Made by a program: the position numbers and the translations under genes. A stretch of 64,000 bases of DNA from Eledone cirrhosa (Eukaryota): positions 14,942,001-15,006,000 of the forward strand of contig OZ024745.1 in assembly GCA_964016885.1 (NCBI GenBank), given 5' to 3'. Numbering within the stretch: the stretch's first letter is position 1; each line of letters starts with the position of its first letter. Shown here in pieces: positions 30,010 through 42,820 of the stretch. The notes below the pieces were generated by a model. It had not been told where the DNA came from and made no database searches. It saw only the letters and a list, made by a program, of their open reading frames with translations.

Positions 30010-33000
30010 TTACAGATATATACTCAGAGTCGGCCCATTCACTCGGGCCATTCTTGCTTCTCTCACCCATCTTTCAACAAAATGCTGGGAAGAGAGCACT
30101 TCCTTCTCTACTCTGATTTTCCTTTTCAAATGAAATTTGAAAAAGTCAATCAGAGCATCACCGAAGAGGTAAGTGCTCGTCTTCAGCCCTTTCAAACGTG
30201 TCCACCATACTATCTCTTTCGCCATGGCCACCAGACAGATAAAAACTGCCTGCCCTTCCCGGCTAAAGGAGGAGGGCGGGGCAATCCTCACGATAGACTC
30301 AGATGATAGCTGGATCCGTCCTAAACGCGACAGCAGGTGTTCGACATAAACCCACAAGTCAGCAATTTTCGGACACTGGACGAGTGCGTGCAGGACGGTT
30401 TCGTCGCCCTGCGCGCATCTCGGACATGCCCGGCTGACGGCACCTCCATGCCTGTAGAGTTTATCCCGAACTGGCAAGGCTCCTCGGTAGCACTGCCAGG
30501 CCAGAGATTTCTGGAAGTTGTCCATAGGCCCCGGCCCGAAAGTTCTTCCGAAGAGATTGGCTAGTTGATTTTCGTCGACGCCTAGAGTTTCCCCAAGTAC
30601 GTCGTCGCTCTTCCCCTCCACTAATCCTCTATAGAACGCCGAGGTGGAGTTTCCACCGATCACATTGCCCGATTGGTCGAGGGCTGTGAGCGCCTGAAGA
30701 CATTCCAGTCTCCAGGCGCTCCCTCTCGGTCTTCGCTTGACCCAGGACTGCAGCTCCGTCAAGGAAACGAGCTGGGGAAAAACGCGTCTAGCAAACGGCG
30801 ACCACACCTGATCACCGTCGAGGAAGAGGTGGAGATGTCGTAGCCTGAGCGCGTGCCTGCGCATCATCAGCCACGGCATGCCCAGCCCTCCACGTAGCGG
30901 GTGTTGACAACAGATGGACCGCCTGACCATCGGAGCACGTCCCTTCCACAAAAAGCGAAAGAGCAAACGCTCCAGCGCAGTCAGGCGAGGCTTAGGACAA
31001 GGTACGACGGTTAGGCGGTAGCAGATGACAGACGCGATGTACGCGTTAGCCACCTCCGCTCGACCTTTCAGGGATAGCTTCCTCTCCGCCCATTTCTGGG
31101 TGAGAGAAGCCACCCTGCTCGTCACCTCGTCCCAGTTTTTGTCCGTCTGGAGGTCCGGACCGAACCAGACCCCTAGCAATTTAACCGGTCCGTCCGTCCA
31201 GCGCCCGACGACGCTGTTGGACGGCATGGACCTGCCTCTCCAGGTGCCGAGCTGCAGGCCCACTGACTTTTCCTGGTTGATCATTGCTCCTGTCACCGCT
31301 TCGTATTCTCTTAGTGTAGTGCCGATCGCCTCGATGTGTTTGGCGTTCGACACCACTACGGTGACATCGTCCGCATATGCTGACACGGATCTTCCGCATC
31401 CTAGTTCGCGCGGGACTCCCCTCAACGTCTCCAGTTTGTGCAGTAATGGCTCGAGAGTCAATACGTACAAGAGGGACGAGAGGGGACATCCTTGGCGGAC
31501 CGAGCGCATGATGTTGAACGGTTCCGACAGGTGACCGTTCACTCTCACCACAGAGCAGATGTCGCTGTGCATGGCAGCGATCCAGCCTCTGAAGACGGGC
31601 CCAAAGCCAGCCGCCCTCAGGACTGCCGCTAGGTAACGATGGTCGACCCTATCGAAAGCTTTCGACTGATCTAAATTGATCAAGGACCCACCCGTGCCAG
31701 GTTCCCTAGCTACCCTCTCTACGATGTATCGCATGAGGTGGAGGTTGTCGTGGATGGATCTGTCGGGAATGGCGCATGTCTGCGCCTCTCCCACCAGACC
31801 ACCAACGACAAGCGCCAACCTCTTTGCTAGCACCTTGGCCAAAATCTTAAACTCTGTGTTTAGCAGAGTTATGGGCCGGAAATTGTCTATGTTATCCCCC
31901 TTGTTCGGATCCTTTCTCAGCAGTGCCACCGCTCCTCGGCTCACAGAACTGGGAATTCTCCCGTTCTGTTGCCAGTTGCAGTAGACGTCCGCCAAGAGGC
32001 CTCCGAACAAGTCTGGCATCTGTACGTAAAGTTCATAGGGCAGACCATCCAAACCAGGCGATTTACCCCTTGTGCAGCCAGTCATTGCCTCCCTTACTTC
32101 AGCGGCTGTTATCGGCTTTTCGCAACACTTCGCCTCAGTGGCCGAGAGCCGCGGCAGTCCGTCGAGGTAGACACTAAAGTCCATCCCTCTACCCGGCCCC
32201 CCGCTGCCCCCGAACAGCTGAGCGAAGTGTCGCTGAAAAGCTTCACACATTTGCCCGGGATCGAGTAGCATGCGCCCGTCGTGGTCCACCAAAGACCGGA
32301 TCGTGGCTTTGTTGCCACGACGCGCCTCCGCCACTCGGGCCCATTGAACGGCTTTCGTCCCCTCGTGTCTGAGAGCACGCACCCTAGCTCTGACAACGCA
32401 GCCTTCGTGCTTTGCATTGAAGAATTGGTCAAGGGCCAATTTCGCCGCAAGCACGTCGGTCGCAATGCCTTTGCTAAGCGCCTCGTCTAATTTTTTAACT
32501 AGTTCTCCCTCTGCTCTATTTTTCTCTATTGCTAAAGCCTTACTAAACCTAATCGATTCTATTCTAATCGCTCTTTTCAGAGCAAACCACCACTTGTTGT
32601 TGACGATGGCCCCCGTCAACGCCCGCTTAACTAGTTCGCTAATCCGGTCTCTGTAGGCCTTGCGCGCTGGTAAGGACGCGTTTAGCTTCCAGTAGCCGGG
32701 TCCTCGTCTATGAAGCCTATCTAAGTCAAGCACACAGGTCACGAATTTGTGGTCCGTGTAGCTGACTATCTTGAATTGTGGACAGCCTATGCTAGACCTA
32801 TCTATTTCCCTACAAAATACTCTATCTAGATATGATCTGGATGACCCTATGCGGTTTGTCCAAGTCCACATTGGCACATTCGGGAAATCCAATCGGTACC
32901 TGTCAGACAGTTCAAAACGCCTGAGCAGGTTGGTGAGGCTCTTGCACCCTCCACCCCTATCCGCTAATCCCACACAGTCCCAGCGTGCATCTAAGATCCC

Positions 33001-33429
33001 GTTCCGGTCGCCCACTAACACTAAAGAGCGCGACGTTCCAAGAAAGGTCTCCAGACGCCGGAAGAAATCAGGCCGCCCTGCTCCTGTCGGGGCATAGACG
33101 GCCACTAGCCTGAAAGCTTGCCCGTCTCCGCTGGTCACGTCCAGCACCACCAGCTTACCCTCTGGGTCCAGGAAGATGGCCCGTATGGCGAGATCCAAAC
33201 CTCTCCGAAAAAGTACAGCAACTCCTCCACCCGATCCAGGACGGCTGGGAGATGCGTACACATCGTAGCCGCCGAAGATCGGTGCGAAGGCCCGTGCTTC
33301 GGAGATTCTGGTCTCGCTGATGGCCACTACATCTATGTTTAGTGACCTGAGGTCGTTGAGCAGGTGACCCTGCTTCCATGACGACCCCAAGCCACGCGCA
33401 TTTATGCTGCCTATTCTGAGTGAGGTCAT
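30010..33429 (-). CDS. LINE ORF2: APE endonuclease + reverse transcriptase + C-terminal zinc finger (1139 aa)
   Basis: SINARGL, ISET, SYLDRVF, YTDH (APE); KSPGLDG, FRPITLLN, KAFDRV, RQGCPLS, YADD (RT); CPRC...ETVLHALVQC. Confidence 0.95.
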   Translation of the reverse strand: MTSLRIGSINARGLGSSWKQGHLLNDLRSLNIDVVAISETRISEARAFAPIFGGYDVYASPSRPGSGGGVAVLFRRGLDLAIRAIFLDPEGKLVVLDVTSGDGQAFRLVAVYAPTGAGRPDFFRRLETFLGTSRSLVLVGDRNGILDARWDCVGLADRGGGCKSLTNLLRRFELSDRYRLDFPNVPMWTWTNRIGSSRSYLDRVFCREIDRSSIGCPQFKIVSYTDHKFVTCVLDLDRLHRRGPGYWKLNASLPARKAYRDRISELVKRALTGAIVNNKWWFALKRAIRIESIRFSKALAIEKNRAEGELVKKLDEALSKGIATDVLAAKLALDQFFNAKHEGCVVRARVRALRHEGTKAVQWARVAEARRGNKATIRSLVDHDGRMLLDPGQMCEAFQRHFAQLFGGSGGPGRGMDFSVYLDGLPRLSATEAKCCEKPITAAEVREAMTGCTRGKSPGLDGLPYELYVQMPDLFGGLLADVYCNWQQNGRIPSSVSRGAVALLRKDPNKGDNIDNFRPITLLNTEFKILAKVLAKRLALVVGGLVGEAQTCAIPDRSIHDNLHLMRYIVERVAREPGTGGSLINLDQSKAFDRVDHRYLAAVLRAAGFGPVFRGWIAAMHSDICSVVRVNGHLSEPFNIMRSVRQGCPLSSLLYVLTLEPLLHKLETLRGVPRELGCGRSVSAYADDVTVVVSNAKHIEAIGTTLREYEAVTGAMINQEKSVGLQLGTWRGRSMPSNSVVGRWTDGPVKLLGVWFGPDLQTDKNWDEVTSRVASLTQKWAERKLSLKGRAEVANAYIASVICYRLTVVPCPKPRLTALERLLFRFLWKGRAPMVRRSICCQHPLRGGLGMPWLMMRRHALRLRHLHLFLDGDQVWSPFARRVFPQLVSLTELQSWVKRRPRGSAWRLECLQALTALDQSGNVIGGNSTSAFYRGLVEGKSDDVLGETLGVDENQLANLFGRTFGPGPMDNFQKSLAWQCYRGALPVRDKLYRHGGAVSRACPRCAQGDETVLHALVQCPKIADLWVYVEHLLSRLGRIQLSSESIVRIAPPSSFSREGQAVFICLVAMAKEIVWWTRLKGLKTSTYLFGDALIDFFKFHLKRKIRVEKEVLSSQHFVERWVREARMARVNGPTLSIYL

Positions 33430-33464
33430 GTTTAAAATAGAGTGGAAAAGATGGGAAAGACCAC

Positions 33465-35559
33465 TTACCGTACTTTTGGTAGAGGAGGGATGGTTTTTAC
33501 ATCCCTTTTCACTTGATCGTCTGGTGAAGGGACCGTTGAATCGTCCCTTCGGCTGGTCGTCGGCTCTTCTAAGAGAATGTCTGAGTATACTCTTCGATTG
33601 ATGGTTCCTCCTAGGTCCCTGAAATCACTAACTGCGTTGGGGAATTTCGTTTTAATATTTGTGTATTGTTTCTGTGCTATTTTTAGCAGTCTTATGTTAG
33701 TTGGCGTTTTGATTGGTGCTGGTATTATGTAGTCCTGTTGTGAAATGTCTGTGTGTTCAATTATGTAAGTCATTAGTTTCTTGTTGTGTGTATTTATTGC
33801 CGTGCATTTGTTTTTCTGGGGGTGGGGTGTGGTTCTACTATTTTCTTGTCGTTGTTGCTGGGTGTGTGTGTTTTGTTGTTGTGTTTGCGATGTTGGTGCT
33901 TGTGGTGGTGGTGTTGAAGGTGTTGTTGGCGGTGGGGTTGTCGCCGGTGGTGATGGTGGTGCTAGTGTGGGTGGTGATGGTGTTGGTGTTGTTGCTGCTG
34001 TGGTTCTCTTTGCAGTAGACTTTACCCTTTTCTCATTTCTTTCCTCCCTTTTCAAAGGCGACGATGCGCTGCTTCTGCGTTTGTGCCTTCTTACGACCTT
34101 TTGCCATCTCTCTCCCACCTCACACTCCATGTCTGATTCTGTGAGGACGGGGAGGGGTACCAACTCCACTCTTTCACTTGTTGTTGTTGGTGATGTTTGC
34201 ACTGGAGTCTCTGTTGCAGCTGCATTTGGTATTGCTGTTGTTGTTGTTAGTATTTCCACTGCTGCTGCTGTTTTTGATTTCCGTGGAGTGGGTATGGGTG
34301 CCACGGGCCTATCGTTCCTGGTTGCCGCTTGTCCTGTTGCTGGTAGCCGTGGAGCCGGATTCGGAAGGAGGGGGGTTTTCTCCTTTCTCAGGGTCTTCTC
34401 GTTGCAGAAGGCCCTGAGGTGAGTCTTCGATCCACAGCGAAAGCATTTCGGGCGTTTGCCCTCAACACTTATGGGCAGTTGAGTGCCGTTATCGAAGTCT
34501 ATCACATCCGGGATAGCTTCGATGCACTCCTGGTTGGTTTGGATTAGCATCTCAATGGAGGAGCCGACCCAATCTTCTCTTACTTTTTTCTGTACTTGCA
34601 GTACAGTTGTTTTGTCCTCGATTCCGACGAGGACAGACGCGGCCAGCCAAGAAGGGGTCATTCCGGGGGGGACGTGGGTCAGTTTGACCCTCACAATTTT
34701 TTGCCCACAGTAGGAGGGCACCAACACCATTTCCTCGCTCCTTAGGGTCACTACTGATTGGGCCTTTGCCTCCTGGGGTGTGGCAAAAAGTACGTCTACG
34801 GTGGCATATTTTTTTGCCTCGGGTGATGTGCGTTTTCCGCTGCCACACAGACCCCAAGGCTTTTTGTATTTGGGCCTCTGTGGCTCTTTCCACCCTACGG
34901 GATTTTGTACTTACTGTACGGTACGTGACCGTACAGTGCTCTTGGGTTTCGAAAAAATTTTTCGCTGCCTTGCAGATTGCTCGGTGTCCGTTCTTTGTCA
35001 CCATCTTCTTCGCTTCCTCTAATTCCTCATTTGTTATGAGGATTGTTTCCAAGTTTTTCGCAATACCTGCAAATGAGATTGGTTTTTCTCTGCTGTTGTT
35101 GTTGTCGTCAGAGCTGCTGGTACTTTTGTTGCTGCAGGTACTACGACTACTGCCTCCGCCGCTGTTGCTGTGGTTGTTGTTGGTGTTGCTGCTGCTAATG
35201 CTGTTGTTGTTTATGCTGCTGGTGATGCTGTTGCGGCTGCTACTGTTGTTTTCATTGTCACTGTTGCTGTTGTTATTACGGCTGCTACTGCTATTATTCC
35301 TGACGTCAGACGAATGAACTGGGTTTTCGTATTTCCCGCACACCTGTTTCGTCGCTGTCGTCGTCGTCGTGGAGAAACCTTGCACGCTTTGCACGAGACT
35401 TTTCTTTTCTTTCGTCGCTTGCGAAAGAGAAGGGAGGGAGAGAGACACATTTAAAGAAGGGAGGGAGAGAGACAATCTTCTCTCTGCTGTAGTGATGATT
35501 GAGGAAGAAGAAGACGGAATGAGTGGGAGTGACGTATGAAATTTCTTTTTGGTAGCCAT
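33465..35559 (-). pseudogene. LINE ORF1 (gag-like, CCHC knuckle) with a single frameshift
   Basis: ORFs 34552-35592 and 33465-34751 fuse if the A7 run at 34809-34815 is A6 (RGKKYATVDVLF); CFRCGSKTHLRAFC knuckle; likely ATG at 35559. Confidence 0.8.
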
Positions 35560-35829
35560 GTTTTTTTGTTTAAAATGAAATTTTGGGTACAAAACCCCAA
35601 TAACTGGTTATTTAACCCCGAAGGGCCAAATAACGGACAGAAAGACCCCTCTCACGAGGAGGAGGGTGTCTTTATCAACAATTTGGTTCAAGTTTTAAAC
35701 AATTTACAATTGTTTTAACGGTTAAAAATTACTATACCTTACAGAGCCGAGCCTCCGTCAACCATGGCATTCAATAATAATAATAATAATAATAATAAGT
35801 ATATTATATTATAGTATATTAAAGTATGT

Positions 35830-38800
35830 TATATTATTAATAATAATTTCATTCTTAAGCCACGCAATGCTCACATTAAGGAACCACTCATGATAATAAC
35901 AATTTAAAAAACAACAAAAAAGAAAATCCCGTGACCAAGAAATACCGGGATGGCGGCCGGCGGGGAATAGCCATGTCTCTAGGGGAGGACGACCTCTCTA
36001 GTCTTGGTTTACACTCATCCTAGAAGTGGTAACACGAAATGATTTCCCCTTGGCGGTTAAGGATAAAACGCGACAAAATAAAGTAAATGTCAAATGATAA
36101 AATCTCATACCGGATCGGCCGTCACCCGGGTCAAAATGAGCCGCGTCCCTCATAGAGGAACCAGACTGGGGTCGAGAAATCAGCTAATGGTTCAAACCTT
36201 CCCATCACTTCAGAGCTGGAGACCTCCCATAACCGGAATACTCCTACTGTTGGCCCTCCATGCTCACCACCAAGAAATCCAAAGAAAAAGAGAGAAAAAT
36301 GGTCAAGGGAAGACAATAAAGAAGTCCTTGAGGCTTTCTACACTGCCATGTACTACCCATCAAATATATCGAATACAGAACAGATATATATCAACTGGAA
36401 AAAGAAACATCCCGAAAACAGAGGCTATATTGACAGTAACAAACTAGCCAATATACGAAGAAATATTGTTAAAAAAAAGTTACTAACTGATATAGAAATT
36501 GATCAGATCAAGCTATTAGCACAAAGTCAGCGAAGGGAAAATGAAACATGTGTCAGTAAAAACGAGGTAAATTGTAACACTTTGAATCCCAGGGTTGGAG
36601 CGGAATCACTGACAACAGAACAAATTTAAGAAAGGATCGAAAAAATGGAGGGTGTGCATGCTCAAGATGAAACTCAAAATGAAAACAATGAGATCGTAAA
36701 TGATAAAGAAATGAATGAGAATGAACTTGCCAACTTGAAGGATGAAATAATGATCGAATGGATGAAAATGAAAGAATCTGACATGGGGGAACGAGACACC
36801 CTCCCTAAGATCCAGAACTCCAAACAGAACCAAAAGATAATACACAAGACTAACATAATTCTCAAAAACATTATCATCACAAACAAACTAAACATTACTG
36901 ATTTAAATCATCTCTATTATGCATCGGCTAAAGTCACCACTCACTTATGTGGAGTGAAAATGAAAAAACAAAGGAATTCCTACAAGAAATCTAGTTGGCA
37001 AGAGAACATCAATCGCCAAATAAACCTTCTCCGATCTGACATAGAAATTTTAACAAACTACAAAGTAGGTGAGCATGTTAAACAAACTAAACTTAGAAAA
37101 TTGAAAAGAAAATACAGTATAAAATCAACAAGTGACATAGACATGCTGATAGAAATAATCAAGCAAAAAGTGTCGGCCAAAGCTGCTCGTATAAGGCGCT
37201 TTGAAAAACGATCTAGATTCTATAACGACAATAATATGTTCAAAAACAACCAAAGAAACTTCTACAGAAAAATTGGTAAGTCAACAATAACTGCTAAATC
37301 AATACCACCCAAGGAGGAAGTGCAAGAATTCTGGGAAAAGATCTGGGCCGAAGAAAAAGTTCATAATATACATGCCCCATGGATAGACAGACAAATGAAA
37401 GATACAGCTCACCTTGAGGAACAAATATGGGAAAATATAACAGTTTGGCTCTTAGAAAAGTTGTTCTATTGTCAGCGTTTGGCTCTTAGAAAAACCAGCA
37501 AATGGAAATCCCCAGGAAAAGACAAAATACCAAATTTCTCGATAAATGCCTTCACAGAGTCTCATGAGCTGTTAGCCCAACTTTACAATGAAATAGTTAA
37601 GGGGCCAGAAAAGATACCATCATGGCTAGTGAACGGCTTCCGAAGAATGATGAGACAAACAATCCCCAAAATTACAGACCGATAACTTGCTTGACCACAA
37701 TGTATAAAATTTTAACATCAGTCCTAACTGAATATATATATGACCACCTGATAACAAATGACCTATTTCCCAATGAGCAGAAAGGGTGTAAACGAGGCTC
37801 ATATGGCTGTAAGGATCAGCTTTTGGTTAACAAAATGATACTGGAAGATTGTCATAATAGACACAAACATCTATCAATAGCTTGGATAGATTATAAAAAA
37901 AGCATTCGATAGTTTGCCACACAGTTGGATTGAAAAATGTTTAGAGATTTTCAAAATATCTCCCGTTGTCAGGTGATTGTTGTCATTCAGTATGAAGACA
38001 TGGAAAACGACACTCCTTTTGAATAGTGAAACAAAATCACTGGAAGCTGGAGAAGTTAATATTAATTGTGGAATTTTTCAGGGTGACTCTTTATCACCGC
38101 TTTTATTCTGCATCACACTTATACCATTAAGTAAAATGCTCAATGAAACAAAACATGGATATAAAGTCTATGACAAAACCATTAATCACTTGTTCTACAT
38201 GGATGACCTGAAACTATTTGCAAAAAATGATGAACAATTGCAAGGGCTATTATCCACTGTGGAGCAGTTCAATGATGACATTAAAATGGAGTTTGGACTA
38301 GATAAATGCGCCAAAGCAACGTTCACCAGAGGAAAGCTGCTGAAGAGTTCAGACATTAATCTTGATCGGGGAATGTGATAAGAGAACTTCATCAAGAGGA
38401 AACTTACAAATATCTAGGTGTTTGTGAAGGAGACGGAATCAAGCACTCGACAATGAGGGAAAGGATAAGGAAGGAATGTTACCGCAGAGTAAGAGCAATC
38501 TTAAGAACGGAATTGAATGCAAGGAATAGGATCGATGCCATAAACACGCTTGCCATACCAGTAGTAACCTACAGTTACAATGTCATCAACTGCTCAAGCA
38601 CAGAGATCCGTAGGCTCGATACAAAAATGAGAAAAATGAGAAAATTCTTAACCATGCACAGAATGCATCACCCTAAGGCAGATACAGATAGAATATATCT
38701 CCCTAGGAAAGAAGGAGGACGTGGGTTAATCCAGTTAGATATTGCGTTGAAAACTGCAACAATTGGATTATCTACATATCTAAGGGAATCGCAAGATTGG

Positions 38801-39895
38801 ATGATCAAACTCGTTTTGAAACACGAAAGCATCAAAATATCATATTCCATTACAAAAGATGCACAAAGATACAGTAATGGACTACAAATTTCAGAAGTCC
38901 TATTTACTGCTGAAATGGAAAACACAGAAAAAGCAAAGCAGGTAAAAGTAACTGCAAAGAAAGAACTGCTACAGAAACTGGCTAAGAAATGGCAAGAAAA
39001 GCCTCTGTACGGAAAATACCCAGAGCGAGCTAACAATCCTGATGTTGACAAAACTTTAACCCATCAGTGGTTGGCATCCTCTGGACTGAAATCGGAGACT
39101 GAAGGACTGATTATATCAGCACAAGATCAGTGCCTGCCAACAAAAAATTACCAAACCAACATAATAAAAAATGGATGCAACCCATTATGCCGTGTATGTA
39201 AAAAAACAACCAGAGACCATTGACCATATAATTTCAATGTGCAGTCCTATAGCTCTAACCGAATACCTAAACAGGCATGACAGAGCTGCACAATACATAC
39301 ATTGGATAATGTGTAACCATTTTGACCTGCCCCATCAAAAGAATTGGTGGGAGCATCAACCACCTCCCATCCTTGAAAAAGATCACATCTCAATCTTGTG
39401 GAACTTTAGCATCCAAACAGACCGAAAAATAGAAGCAAAAAGACCTGATATAATACTGAAGGACTTTAAAAAGAGGGTATGCCTGCTAATTGATATGTCC
39501 GTTCCAATAGATAAGAATCTATAAAAACATTTGAAAAATTGAGCAAGTATAAGGACCTGAAGATAGAAAGGGGAAAAATGTGGAAATGGATAACTAAAAC
39601 AATACCAGTGGTTGTAGGCGCTCTAGGAATGATGCCTAAGGGATCTAATGATTACTTATCGCAAATCCCAGAAAACCTGCGTATAGGAGAAATACAAAAG
39701 ATAGTACTAATGGGAACTGCCTATATACTAAGGAAGATTCTGTCAACATAAGTACGTCACAGGTCTAAACACCTAAAGATGCATGTGTGTGTCTGTATGT
39801 TCTTTCTTGAACATGGCGAACCTTGTTGTCTCTTGAGGTGACTGGTTGTGACTTGGTGATAACTCGTATGAACATAAAGCAAGATAAATGCAACT
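35830..39895 (+). mobile_element. Near full-length decayed R4/Dong-type RLE retrotransposon
   Basis: Broken ORFs give WKSPGKD, YRPITCL, EQKGC, GIFQGDSLSPLLF, YMDD, YKYLG, CRVC..ETIDH, RHD, KRPDI; ends in (AAT)n. Confidence 0.93.
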
Positions 39896-39918
39896 ATAAT
39901 AATAATAATAATAATAAT

Positions 39919-40415
39919 AACTTCAGCATCCAAACAGACCGAAAAATAGATGCAAATAGACCTGATATAATATTGAAGGACTTCAAAAAGAGGGTATACC
40001 TGATAATTGATATGTCCGTTCCAATAGACAAGAATGTATCTATAAAAACATTTGAAAAATTGAGCAAGTATAAGGACCTGGAGATAGAAATTGGAAAAAT
40101 GTGGAAACTGAGAACTAAAACAATACCAGTTGTTGTAGGCGCTCTAGGAATGATACCTAAGGGGTCTAATGATTACTTATGGCAAATCCCAGAAAACCTG
40201 CGTATAGGAGAAATACAAAAGATAGTACTAATGGGAACTGCCCATATATTAAGGAAGATTCTGTCAATATAAGTACATCACAAGTCTAAACACATAAAGA
40301 TGCATGTGTGTGTATGTATGTTCTTTCTTGAACATGGCAGACCTTGTTGTCTCTTGAGGTCACGGGTTGTGACTTGGTGATAACTCGTATGAACATAAAG
40401 CAAGATAAATGCAAC
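39919..40415 (+). mobile_element. Second 5'-truncated copy of the same R4/Dong element in the first copy's (AAT)n tail
   Basis: Diverged repeat of 39402-39895, with its own (AAT)n tail. Confidence 0.92.
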
Positions 40416-41409
40416 TATAATAATAATAATAATAGTAATAATGTGGTTTTTTTAAAATTAATATACTCCTCAGTTCAGAACTTAACAACCATTAAAGTGA
40501 TTTTAAACCGCAGACGGAAATATTGAAGCCGTTCGAGAATATAATAGATTTAGAATATCATTGTAAGAAAAAGGGTTTTTTATAAAGAGTAGTGAGCTCA
40601 TGTGCGCAAATGCTATAAACTAGCTTATATAATAGGAAAATGAAGTTGCCATTGGCCTCTATGTGGAATCGAATCTCGCATTTCCTAGATATCAGTTAGT
40701 TTTGCTTTTACCTGGTAGGTTTGGAGGAAGGGATATTGTCTTTACAGATCCTTCGAGACTGGAAAGATTGGTGGCGTTAATGTTTTATATAAATTGTCGC
40801 TTATCCATTCCTTTGGAGAATAACAGAGGGTAGATCTCCTATACAGGAGGAACTGAGCATTGTGGTTAGTGTGGGTCTTAGATGGCTGGACACAACATGA
40901 AGAGAGGAAAGAGGTGGGAATCACAAATATCTACATGAAGGAGACATGAGTACAGGAAGCTGCGAAAAAGAGAGACCATTCCAATAACGATAGAAAAAGC
41001 ACAGGGACGAAAAAGGATTTCTTGGGTCGAGTGGCTTTATTTATGGGTGCTAACATGACAGCTTAGTTTAGCTGTTTAGGAAAACACAATTTTGAAAAAT
41101 AGTGAAATTAGAAAATTTCTCATCAGATATTCCATGGCAGAAAACAACAACTAAAGCTTTTTTGTGCATGTGTGCGTTGATGCTACCTAAGATATCAACG
41201 TAAGCAGTGCCGCCCTAGATGTGGGAGCAGTACTCCATCGTGAGTCTCACTTGAGGTTTGTAGAGAATCTTTAGGTATTGGGGATTGAAGCATTTGCTGG
41301 CCCAGATGGGAAGGGCCAGTCGCTGGGATGCGACACCAGCGCATATAAAAAGGTTTTTTGTCATGGGGTAACTTCAGGGGCTGTGAGACCTAATGCAATG
41401 AAATAATGG

Positions 41410-41590
41410 TTTCTACTTTTGGCACAAGGCCAGCAATTACCCAGTGTATTACTAGTACTTTATTTTATCGACCCCGTAAGGATGAAAGGCAAAGTTAACC
41501 TTGGCGGGATTTGAACTCAGAATGGGAAGGGCCGTAACTCTATGCGTCAAAGCATGGCGTCCGACCCTCTACCGATACTGCCAATGCACC
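41410..41590 (-). mobile_element. SINE (tttgcctttcatcc family)
   Basis: Reverse complement of the recurrent SINE core. Confidence 0.8.
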
Positions 41591-41951
41591 GTGCATGCTG
41601 CATTTATTTAATTCAAATCTCATAATTCATTCTAAATGGCGTCACGTATATGTTTTTTATTGAAGAATGAGTTGTTCAGAATTTTTACTATATTTAATGT
41701 TTATGATATATAATGACGGGAGAAGAAATAAAGATCTTCTATCAAAATGTACTTATGTATAAAGCAATACGATTAGATGAGTGAAATACGAAAGACAATT
41801 CATATTTCAAAGAAGTAAGTAATTGAAGTTTCGAACTACATACATGTACACAAGATCATAGAGGAACAATCAACTCCACATACCCCCTCTCTCGCTATCA
41901 CACACACACACATATACACACACACATACTTACATATATATATTTGTGTGT

Positions 41952-42003
<52 letters not shown>

Positions 42004-42103
42004 CTGTATCTGAGCGTGTATATATATATGTGTGTTTGAGTGTATATATATGTATGTGTGGGTGGATATATATATGTGTGTGTATATGTGTATGTATATA
42101 GGG

Positions 42104-42157
<54 letters not shown>

Positions 42158-42660
42158 ATGTCTGTGTATGCGTGTGCGTGTCTATTCCCATACATAAGAC
42201 ACTGTCGATAGAGGACTGCATTAATGTGATTGAAATACTTAAACATAGATGAAGATGTCAAGTAAACTTCTGAATGATATATAAGATTTTAATAAAGAGA
42301 GAGACAGACAGACAGAGAGCTAGAGAGAGATACAGACAGAGAGGTAGAGGTAGATAGAGAGAGAGAGAGAGGGACAGAGTGCGGGAGACTGAAAGAGAAA
42401 GGGGGAAGTGAGAAAGAGGGAGAGATGATAGATTATAAATGTATTACTTGATGAAACATATACGACGGCAATATATCGTAATATGATGAAAGGGCAAATA
42501 GAATATAAATGCAAAGGGAAGTTATATGAACGATGAGGTGCTTTAAGACGTAAAGAACATGAAAGACAAATAGAAAAGGCGGTCACGTGTGCTACTAAAG
42601 CAAGAGAGATATTCTCACATATGCAGCACACTCACATTAACATTTCTACTTACATACATA

Positions 42661-42794
<134 letters not shown>

Positions 42795-42820
42795 TCTCTC
42801 TCTGTATGTATATATATATA

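Larger units (their letters stand above)
29746..35773 (-). mobile_element. Full-length L1/Tx1-clade LINE inserted in (ATT)n
   Basis: 5' UTR, ORF1, ORF2 and 3' UTR with AATAAA; (AAT)n immediately flanks both ends. Confidence 0.95.

Noticed and set aside
30337-35454. Plus-strand ORFs overlapping the LINE
   Set aside because: Antisense shadows of GC-rich or low-complexity coding sequence with no motifs.
35600-35680. HDV-like ribozyme in the Tx1 5' UTR (ctcctcgt loop on the minus strand)
   Set aside because: Loop resembles L3, but I could not find P1, P1.1 GG or P2 partners; a simple hairpin explains it.
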